This document shows positions 1-5,570 of a DNA stretch of 6,702 bases, in pieces (the first letter of the stretch is position 1; every line of letters starts with the position of its first letter). The stretch lies in IMG/VR virus record IMGVR_UViG_2565956721_000006; one strand, given 5' to 3'. Source of the stretch: a virus. Lineage: Duplodnaviria; Heunggongvirae; Uroviricota; Caudoviricetes. A program made the translations under genes and the position numbers. The notes beneath the pieces were generated by a model, which did not search any database, was not told the origin of the DNA, and saw only the letters and a list, made by a program, of their open reading frames with translations.

Positions 1-162
1 ATGCTGGCGAACCCAGACACGCAGAGTCTCCGGCGTACAGCCAATCTTTGGAGCAATGGAACAAATTGTCGCCCATTGTGAGTCATATTCGCTCTGACTT
101 TCCAGAACCATACGGACTGCCCGTTGACGGACTTCGGGGGAAAAACGAGTATTTTTAGTCAT
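1..162 (-). CDS. IS3-family transposase OrfA, N-terminal 54 codons (partial; continues past window start)
   Basis: Minus-strand translation from ATG (162-160): [54 protein letters not shown], recognised as the helix-turn-helix N-terminus of IS3-family OrfA. Below the length cut-off of the ORF track because it is cut by the window edge. Confidence 0.8.
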   Translation of the reverse strand, partial: MTKNTRFSPEVRQRAVRMVLESQSEYDSQWATICSIAPKIGCTPETLRVWVRQH

Positions 163-216
163 CCTGTTTACCTCTTTCTCAGGAAGTTTAGTCTCCAGGA
201 TTCCCGGGGCGGTTCA
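1..216 (-). mobile_element. Partial IS3-family insertion sequence (IS629/IS1203-like), one terminal end at 216; rest lies beyond window start
   Basis: Minus strand from 216 reads TGAACCGCCCCGGGAATCCTGGAGACTAAACTTCCTGAGAAAGAGGTAAACAGG then ATG at 162. The 5'-TG terminus and leader before the transposase ATG match my recollection of the IS629/IS1203 end. Exact IS name needs an ISfinder search. Confidence 0.7.
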
Positions 217-540
217 AGTTAACGAATCAAACAAATCTTGCACATATTTTTCTTCTTTAGATTTGCGCTTCTGAGCAGCGAATACCTCAATTCTTTCAGT
301 CACAGCGTGATAAGCGGAATTAACAACGCCGTTAAGCACATAGCTAACGCAAAACAACAGGATGTAATACATCCAGTAATGAGGAAGGATTTCTGGATTA
401 TGCAGGTTTATCCATTCTTTTACGCTTACCGGCATAACAATAATCAATATGATCAGGATGATTAGCATATGAATCAACTGTTTAAGTGTCATTCCTTGCA
501 GGAAAAAATGCATTAGTTCCTGCCACCATGAGTTGTTCAT
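214..540 (-). CDS. sieB: Superinfection exclusion protein SieB, C-terminally truncated at the IS junction (108 aa)
   Basis: ORF-track protein MNNSWWQELMHFFLQGMTLKQLIHMLIILI... matches the lambda SieB N-terminus as I recall it; hydrophobic membrane segments present. No in-frame upstream start before stop at 582-580. Stop codon TGA (216-214) is the first three bases of the IS terminal repeat. Lambda SieB is substantially longer (about 190 aa, from memory). Confidence 0.75.
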   Translation of the reverse strand: MNNSWWQELMHFFLQGMTLKQLIHMLIILIILIIVMPVSVKEWINLHNPEILPHYWMYYILLFCVSYVLNGVVNSAYHAVTERIEVFAAQKRKSKEEKYVQDLFDSLT

Positions 541-683
541 CGGCGTTTCTCTTTTGCTCTCTGTAGGGGTGAATAGAGTTTATCCGATTTCTCGTTGTAG
601 GGGTACACGAGAACCACCGAGCCTGATGTGGTTAAAAGACAGGCACAATCTTTACTACCGCAATCCACTATTTAAGGTGATAT
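541..683. promoter_or_regulatory. Divergent intergenic region between sieB and orf28/ral; expected site of the sieB promoter; contains a 9-bp direct repeat TGTAGGGGT (562-570 and 596-604)
   Basis: Position between divergently oriented sieB and orf28/ral. Repeat seen directly in sequence. No confident -35/-10 assignment could be made by eye. Confidence 0.3.
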
Positions 684-770
684 ATGGAAGAAGAATTTGA
701 AGAGTTCGAAGAGCATCCTCAAGATGTGATGGAACAATACCAGGACTATCCGTATGACTACGACTATTGA
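684..770 (+). CDS. lambda orf28-like acidic 28-aa peptide, overlaps ral start
   Basis: ATG 684 to TGA 768-770 translates MEEEFEEFEEHPQDVMEQYQDYPYDYDY. Size and position (87 bp, overlapping ral start by 17 nt) match my recollection of the lambda orf28 annotation. Below ORF-track cut-off. Confidence 0.5.
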   Translation: MEEEFEEFEEHPQDVMEQYQDYPYDYDY

Positions 771-954
771 TACAAATCAATGGTGTGGACAATTCAAACG
801 ATGCAATGGATGCAAGCTGCAATCGGAATGCATGGTTAAGCCTGAAGAAATGTTTCCTGTAATGGAAGATGGGAAATATGTCGATAAATGGGCAATACGA
901 ACGACGGCAATGATTGCCAGAGAACTTGGTAAACAGAACAACAAAGCTGCCTGA
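754..954 (+). CDS. ral: Ral, restriction alleviation protein (modulates type I restriction-modification)
   Basis: 66-aa product MTTTIDTNQWCGQFKRCNGCKLQSECMVKPEEMFPVMEDGKYVDKWAIRTTAMIARELGKQNNKAA, essentially the lambda Ral sequence as I recall it; conserved position upstream of ea10. Confidence 0.9.
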   Translation: MTTTIDTNQWCGQFKRCNGCKLQSECMVKPEEMFPVMEDGKYVDKWAIRTTAMIARELGKQNNKAA

Positions 955-1088
955 TAGTGGCCTTTATTTTTGGCATAAATAACAGAATAAACACTGCACT
1001 GTGTATTCATTCCAACGAGTGAATACACGGAGCAATGTCGCTCGTAACTAAACAGGAGCCGACTTGTTCTGATTATTGGAAATCTTCT

Positions 1089-1116
1089 TTGCCCTCCAGT
1101 GTGAGGGCGATTTTTT
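1089..1116 (+). terminator. Putative intrinsic terminator between ral and ea10 (tL2-like position in the pL operon)
   Basis: Stem TTGCCCTC (1089-1096), loop CAGTGT, stem GAGGGCGA (1103-1110) with one G-U pair, immediately followed by TTTTTT (1111-1116), on the transcribed strand. Confidence 0.45.
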
Positions 1117-1136
1117 ATCTATGAGGATATGAATAG

Positions 1137-1505
1137 ATGTCAAACATCAAAAAATACATCATTGATTACGACTGGAAAGCATCAATAGAAATTGAAATTG
1201 ACCATGACGTAATGACAGAGGAAAAACTTCACCAGATTAATAATTTCTGGTCAGACTCTGAATACCGACTCAATAAACACGGCTCTGTATTAAATGCTGT
1301 ATTAATCATGCTGGCGCAACATGCTCTGCTTATAGCAATTTCAAGCGACTTAAATGCATATGGTGTTGTGTGTGAGTTCGACTGGAATGATGGAAATGGT
1401 CAGGAAGGATGGCCTCCAATGGATGGTAGTGAAGGAATAAGAATTACCGATATCGATACATCAGGAATATTTGATTCAGATGATATGACTATCAAGGCCG
1501 CCTGA
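1137..1505 (+). CDS. ea10: Ea10 early protein (lambda ea10)
   Basis: 122-aa ORF at the lambda ea10 position between ral and cIII; length identical to lambda Ea10 as I recall; acidic C-terminal half. Confidence 0.8.
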   Translation: MSNIKKYIIDYDWKASIEIEIDHDVMTEEKLHQINNFWSDSEYRLNKHGSVLNAVLIMLAQHALLIAISSDLNAYGVVCEFDWNDGNGQEGWPPMDGSEGIRITDIDTSGIFDSDDMTIKAA

Positions 1506-1530
1506 GCGCGGCGTTACCGCATACCAATTA

Positions 1531-1551
1531 CGCTTCACTCGAGGCGTTTTT
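1531..1551 (+). terminator. Putative intrinsic terminator between ea10 and cIII (tL3-like position)
   Basis: CGCTTC (1531-1536), loop ACTC, GAGGCG (1541-1546) with one G-U pair, followed by TTTTT (1547-1551); strong Shine-Dalgarno AAGGAG for cIII lies just downstream. Confidence 0.4.
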
Positions 1552-1577
1552 CGTTATGTATAAATAAGGAGCACACC

Positions 1578-1742
1578 ATGCAATATGCCATTGCAGGGTG
1601 GCCTGTTGCTGGCTGCCCTTCCGAATCTTTACTTGAACGAATCACCCGTAAATTACGTGACGGATGGAAACGCCTTATCGACATACTTAATCAGCCAGGA
1701 GTCCCAAAAAATGGATCAAACAATTATGGCTATCCAGACTAA
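1578..1742 (+). CDS. cIII: CIII, inhibitor of FtsH-mediated CII degradation
   Basis: ATG 1578 to TAA 1740-1742 translates [54 protein letters not shown] (54 aa), matching lambda CIII from memory. Preceded by AAGGAG. Missing from the ORF track because it is under the length cut-off. Confidence 0.9.
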   Translation: MQYAIAGWPVAGCPSESLLERITRKLRDGWKRLIDILNQPGVPKNGSNNYGYPD

Positions 1743-1854
1743 ATTCACTATCGCCACTTTTATTGGCGATGAAAAGATGTTTCGTGAGGCCGTCGACGCT
1801 TATAAAAAATGGATATTAATACTGAAACTGAGATCAAGCAAAAGCATTCACTAA
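1711..1854 (+). CDS. kil: Kil, host cell-division inhibitor
   Basis: Internal ATG at 1711 of the 1585..1854 track ORF gives [47 protein letters not shown] (47 aa), matching lambda Kil; overlaps the cIII stop and the gam upstream start as in lambda. Confidence 0.85.
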   Translation: MDQTIMAIQTKFTIATFIGDEKMFREAVDAYKKWILILKLRSSKSIH

Positions 1855-1929
1855 CCCCCTTTCCTGTTTTCCTAATCAGCCTGGCATTTCGCGGGCGATA
1901 TTTTCACAGCCATTTTCAGGAGTTCAGCC

Positions 1930-2226
1930 ATGAACGCTTATTACATTCAGGATCGTCTTGAGGCTCAGAGCTGGGCGCGTCACTACCAGCAGATCGCCCG
2001 TGAAGAGAAAGAGGCAGAACTGGCAGACGACATGGAAAAAGGCCTGCCCCAGCACCTGTTTGAATCGCTATGCATCGATCATTTACAACGCCACGGGGCC
2101 AGCAAAAAAGCCATTACCCGTGCGTTTGATGACGATGTTGAGTTTCAGGAGCGCATGGCAGAACACATCCGGTACATAGTTGAAACCATTGCTCACCATC
2201 AGGCTGATATTGATTCAGAGGTATAA
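1930..2226 (+). CDS. gam: Gam (GamS form), RecBCD nuclease inhibitor
   Basis: 98-aa product [44 protein letters not shown]... matches lambda GamS with a few substitutions. The upstream GamL start (ATG 1809) is in a different frame here (see findings). Confidence 0.9.
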   Translation: MNAYYIQDRLEAQSWARHYQQIAREEKEAELADDMEKGLPQHLFESLCIDHLQRHGASKKAITRAFDDDVEFQERMAEHIRYIVETIAHHQADIDSEV

Positions 2227-2231
2227 AACGG

Positions 2232-3017
2232 ATGAGTACAGCACTCGCAACGCTGGCAGGGAAGCTGGCTGAACGTGTCGGCATGGATTCTGTCGACCCA
2301 CAGGAACTGATCACCACTCTTCGCCAGACGGCATTTAAAGGTGATGCCAGCGATGCGCAGTTCATCGCATTGTTGATCGTCGCCAACCAGTACGGCCTTA
2401 ATCCGTGGACGAAAGAAATTTACGCCTTCCCTGATAAGCAGAACGGCATTGTTCCGGTGGTGGGCGTTGATGGCTGGTCCCGCATCATCAATGAAAACCA
2501 GCAGTTTGATGGTATGGACTTTGAGCAGGACAATGAATCATGTACATGCCGGATTTACCGCAAAGACCGCAATCATCCGATCTGCGTTACCGAGTGGATG
2601 GATGAATGCCGCCGCGAACCATTCAAAACCCGCGAAGGCAGAGAAATCACGGGGCCGTGGCAGTCGCATCCCAAACGGATGTTACGGCATAAAGCCATGA
2701 TTCAGTGTGCCCGTCTGGCCTTCGGATTTGCTGGTATCTATGACAAGGATGAAGCCGAGCGCATTGTCGAAAATACCGCATACACTGCAGAACGTCAGCC
2801 GGAACGCGACATCACTCCGGTTAACGATGAAACCATGCAGGAGATTAACACTCTGCTGATTGCCCTGGACAAAACATGGGATGACGACTTATTGCCGCTC
2901 TGTTCCCAGATATTTCGCCGCGACATTCGCGCATCGTCAGAACTGACACAGGCCGAAGCAGTGAAAGCTCTTGGATTCCTGAAACAGAAAGCCACTGAGC
3001 AGAAGGTGGCAGCATGA
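2232..3017 (+). CDS. bet: Bet (Red-beta) single-strand annealing recombinase
   Basis: 261-aa product [66 protein letters not shown]... recognised as lambda Bet; ATGA start/stop overlap with exo at 3014-3017. Confidence 0.95.
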   Translation: MSTALATLAGKLAERVGMDSVDPQELITTLRQTAFKGDASDAQFIALLIVANQYGLNPWTKEIYAFPDKQNGIVPVVGVDGWSRIINENQQFDGMDFEQDNESCTCRIYRKDRNHPICVTEWMDECRREPFKTREGREITGPWQSHPKRMLRHKAMIQCARLAFGFAGIYDKDEAERIVENTAYTAERQPERDITPVNDETMQEINTLLIALDKTWDDDLLPLCSQIFRRDIRASSELTQAEAVKALGFLKQKATEQKVAA

Positions 3018-3694
3018 CACCGGACATTATCCTGCAGCGTACCGGGATCGACGTGAGAGCTGTCGAACAGGGGGATGATGCATGGCACAAATTACGGCTC
3101 GGCGTCATCACCGCTTCAGAAGTTCACAACGTGATAGCAAAGCCCCGCTCAGGAAAGAAGTGGCCTGACATGAAAATGTCCTACTTCCACACCCTGCTGG
3201 CTGAGGTTTGCACCGGTGTGGCTCCGGAAGTTAATGCTAAGGCGCTGGCGTGGGGAAAACAGTACGAGAACGACGCCAGAACCCTGTTTGAATTCACTTC
3301 CGGCGTGAATGTTACTGAATCCCCGATCATCTATCGCGACGAAAGTATGCGCACCGCCTGCTCTCCCGATGGTTTATGCAGTGACGGCAATGGCCTTGAG
3401 CTGAAATGCCCGTTTACCTCCCGGGATTTCATGAAGTTCCGGCTCGGTGGTTTCGAGGCCATAAAGTCGGCTTACATGGCCCAGGTGCAGTACAGCATGT
3501 GGGTGACACGAAAAGATGCCTGGTACTTTGCCAACTATGACCCACGAATGAAGCGTGAAGGCCTGCATTATGTCGTGGTTGAGCGGGATGAAAAGTACAT
3601 GGCGAGTTTTGACGAGATGGTGCCGGAGTTCATCGAAAAAATGGACGAAGCACTGGCTGAAATTGGTTTTGTATTTGGAGAGCAATGGCGATGA
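3014..3694 (+). CDS. exo: Exo (Red-alpha) 5'-3' dsDNA exonuclease
   Basis: 226-aa product [65 protein letters not shown]... recognised as lambda Exo; the same length as lambda Exo. Confidence 0.95.
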   Translation: MTPDIILQRTGIDVRAVEQGDDAWHKLRLGVITASEVHNVIAKPRSGKKWPDMKMSYFHTLLAEVCTGVAPEVNAKALAWGKQYENDARTLFEFTSGVNVTESPIIYRDESMRTACSPDGLCSDGNGLELKCPFTSRDFMKFRLGGFEAIKSAYMAQVQYSMWVTRKDAWYFANYDPRMKREGLHYVVVERDEKYMASFDEMVPEFIEKMDEALAEIGFVFGEQWR

Positions 3695-3873
3695 CCCATC
3701 CTCACGATAATATCCGGGTAGGCGCGATCACTTTCGTCTACTCCGTTACAAAGCGAGGCTGGGTATTTCACGGTCTTTCTGTTATCCGAAATCCGCTGAA
3801 AGCCCAGCGGCTGGCTGAGGAGATAAATAATAAACGGGGGGCGGTATGCACAAAGCATCTCCTGTTGAGTTAA
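3691..3873 (+). CDS. lambda orf60a-like hypothetical protein
   Basis: ATG 3691 overlaps the exo stop (ATGA); 60-aa product [60 protein letters not shown]. The track lists an earlier in-frame ATG at 3685. Position and size match the lambda orf60a annotation. Confidence 0.75.
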   Translation: MTHPHDNIRVGAITFVYSVTKRGWVFHGLSVIRNPLKAQRLAEEINNKRGAVCTKHLLLS

Positions 3874-4037
3874 GAACGAGTATTGATTTGGCACATAGCC
3901 TTGCTCAAATTGGAGTCAGGTTTGTGCCAATACCAGCAGAAACAGACGAAGAATTTCATACGTTAGCCACATCCCTTTCACAAAAGCTGGAAATGATGGT
4001 GGCGAAAGCAGAAGCAGATGAGAGAGACCAGGTATGA
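3846..4037 (+). CDS. lambda orf63-like hypothetical protein
   Basis: 63-aa ORF overlapping the orf60a 3' end by 28 nt, the overlap I recall for lambda orf63/orf60a. Confidence 0.75.
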   Translation: MHKASPVELRTSIDLAHSLAQIGVRFVPIPAETDEEFHTLATSLSQKLEMMVAKAEADERDQV

Positions 4038-4047
4038 CAACCACTGA

Positions 4048-4230
4048 ATGCATTTTTCTGGCAGCGGGCTTCATATTCTGTGTGCTTATGCTTGCCGACA
4101 TGGGGCTTGTTCAGTGACACCTCAGCAAGAAAACGCCCTTCGCAGCATTGCCCGTCAGGCTAATTCTGAAATCAAAAAAGTCAGACAGCAGTTTCCAAAA
4201 ACGTCAATGACATTTGCCGTAGCGTACTGA
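4048..4230 (+). CDS. Hypothetical 60-aa ORF in the orf61-equivalent region; reading frame uncertain
   Basis: Track ORF MHFSGSGLHILCAYACRHGACSV...; an ATG at 4018 (expected lambda orf61 start) runs into TGA at 4045-4047 after 9 codons. A competing frame (4034..4117) encodes the hydrophobic peptide MTTTECIFLAAGFIFCVLMLADMGLVQ. Coding assignment here is ambiguous. Confidence 0.3.
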   Translation: MHFSGSGLHILCAYACRHGACSVTPQQENALRSIARQANSEIKKVRQQFPKTSMTFAVAY

Positions 4231-4423
4231 AGAAGCACCGCGAAACGGTAACGCTGAAGGGATTCACACCGACTCATTTAAGCCTGGCAATCGGCATGTT
4301 AAACGGCGTCTTTAAGGAACGATGAACATGAAAAGCAAAATTATCAGGGAGCTACAGGCTCCTTTTTTATTGTTCGCATTCACCCTCAAGCGTATTAACC
4401 AACAGTTCAGGGATTAATGAAAG

Positions 4424-4645
4424 ATGGCAGACATCATTGATTCAGCATCAGAAATAGAAGAATTACAGCGCAACACAGCAATAAAAATGCGCCGCCTGAA
4501 CTACCTGGCTGTATCTGCCACTCATTGTTGTGAGTGTGGCGATCCGATAGATGAACGAAGACGCCTGGCCGTTCAGGGTTGTCGGACTTGCGCCAGTTGC
4601 CAGCAAGATCTGGAGCTTATCCGCAAACAAAGGGGGATTAAGTGA
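4424..4645 (+). CDS. TraR/DksA-family C4 zinc-finger protein (lambda Orf73-like RNA polymerase-binding regulator)
   Basis: 73-aa product with CxC-x14-CxxCxxC (CCEC...CRTCASC) and GDPIDERRR motif resembling F-plasmid TraR CEACGNPIPEARRK; located where lambda encodes Orf73, just upstream of ea22. Confidence 0.75.
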   Translation: MADIIDSASEIEELQRNTAIKMRRLNYLAVSATHCCECGDPIDERRRLAVQGCRTCASCQQDLELIRKQRGIK

Positions 4646-4971
4646 TGGCTAACCTGCAACTTGCTGTTAAAAGTGAATACTTCGATGCCATGATTCGCGG
4701 AGAGAAAACGGAAGAGTATCGCTTGTGTAATGACTACTGGAATAAGCGAATTATGTTCCGGGAATATGACCGCCTGATTATCACAAAGGGATATCCGAAG
4801 CGCGACGATTCCAGTCGCAGAATTGATGTTCCGTATGACGGATATGAAGTGAAGACAATCACACATCCGCACTTTGGCGATAAACCGGTAAAGGTGTTCG
4901 CTATAAAGGTGAATATCAGCACTGAATATCAATCCGCACAACACAAGGTCAAGAATGTTCAGAGTGATTGA
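4645..4971 (+). CDS. ea22-like N-terminal ORF with ASCH/PUA-like motif (GxKxxExR)
   Basis: ATG 4645 overlaps the orf73 stop (TGATG); the track starts at GTG 4642. Product MANLQLAVKSEYFDAMIRGEKTEEYR... contains RGEKTEEYR, which fits the ASCH signature GxKxxExR. Start coincides with the lambda ea22 start by coordinate correspondence. Confidence 0.55.
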   Translation: MANLQLAVKSEYFDAMIRGEKTEEYRLCNDYWNKRIMFREYDRLIITKGYPKRDDSSRRIDVPYDGYEVKTITHPHFGDKPVKVFAIKVNISTEYQSAQHKVKNVQSD

Positions 4972-5194
4972 CCCTAACACCTGGTACGTCGACCACCACG
5001 GCACTCCCTGCAAAATCCTGCGTTCTACCCACAACAAAGTTCACTACATCCGAAAAGGCAGAACATGTATCGCCAGCATGTTCCGCTTTAATCATGACTT
5101 TGAACCTGTGAATAAAGCTGATGCAGATCGGATAGCAGAAGAGATCGAAACGGCAGAACACATTAAGAAGTTACGTGACATGCGCAGGAAATAG
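4955..5194 (+). CDS. ea22-like C-terminal ORF (+1 frame relative to 4645..4971), possible frameshifted continuation
   Basis: 79-aa ORF MFRVIDPNTWYVDHHG... with helical charged C-terminus. Its frame is open upstream to 4913 and overlaps the preceding ORF. Combined span 4645..5194 is 550 bp against 549 bp for lambda ea22 (from memory). Confidence 0.45.
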   Translation: MFRVIDPNTWYVDHHGTPCKILRSTHNKVHYIRKGRTCIASMFRFNHDFEPVNKADADRIAEEIETAEHIKKLRDMRRK

Positions 5195-5333
5195 AAAAAT
5201 TGATAAATTCAATACTGCATTTCTCAGCATTAAATTTATCTCTATGACCAGTCAAGAGATGTACCTGCCATGAGCTTAATATCATGTCAGATATATCGGT
5301 CACAAACTCCCTCAGCAGCTAAGAGGAGGACAA

Positions 5334-5570
5334 ATGTCTCGACTAATCACTTTACAGGACTGGGCTAAAGAAGAATTTGGGGACTTAGCACCAAGTGAGC
5401 GAGTTCTGAAAAAATACGCGCAAGGGAAAATGATGGCCCCACCCGCTATAAAAGTTGGTCGCTACTGGATGATTGACCGAAATTCCCGTTTTGTAGGAAC
5501 GCTTGCAGAACCGCAACTCCCAATAAACGCAAACCCAAAACTCCAAAGGATAATCGCTGATGGCTGCTAG
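5334..5570 (+). CDS. xis: Excisionase (Xis), lambda-type
   Basis: 78-aa product MSRLITLQDWAKEEF...PPAIKVGRYWMI resembles lambda Xis (MYLTLQEW...PPPVKDGREYLF). Strong SD AAGAGGAGGA at 5316-5325. 3' end overlaps the int start by 11 nt, as xis-int pairs typically do. Confidence 0.8.
   Translation: MSRLITLQDWAKEEFGDLAPSERVLKKYAQGKMMAPPAIKVGRYWMIDRNSRFVGTLAEPQLPINANPKLQRIIADGC

Noticed and set aside
238-465. 75-aa + strand ORF
   Set aside because: Lies entirely antisense within sieB, which has a recognisable product; low-complexity translation (MHIFFFFRF...).
777-1028. 83-aa - strand ORF
   Set aside because: Antisense to ral; no start context; ral is the recognised gene.
1585-1854. 89-aa + strand track ORF
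   Set aside because: Artefact of an upstream in-frame ATG; the real genes are cIII (1578..1742, other frame) and kil starting at the internal ATG 1711.
1958-3894. Alternative-frame and antisense ORFs inside gam/bet/exo/orf60a (1958..2179 +, 2114..2386 -, 2449..2700 +, 2795..3088 -, 2845..3111 -, 3374..3685 -, 3568..3894 -)
   Set aside because: All overlap the recognised Gam, Bet, Exo or orf60a reading frames, which are in the operon orientation.
3916-4101. 61-aa - strand ORF
   Set aside because: Antisense to orf63; no supporting signal.
4573-5037. 154-aa - strand ORF antisense to the ea22-like region
   Set aside because: Opposes a run of + strand ORFs with coupled start/stop overlaps; hydrophobic, low-complexity translation. 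Cannot be fully excluded without expression data.
4734-5161. Short - strand ORFs (4734..4922, 4949..5161)
   Set aside because: Antisense within the ea22-like ORFs; no start context.
5195-5333. Sigma-70 promoter for xis-int in the AT-rich spacer
   Set aside because: TTGATA at 5200-5205 has no acceptable -10 at 16-18 bp spacing; no confident call.
5334-5570. CII-dependent pI promoter (TTGC-N6-TTGC) inside xis
   Set aside because: Only an inverted TTGC...GCAA arrangement (around 5498-5511) was found, not the direct repeat expected for CII binding.
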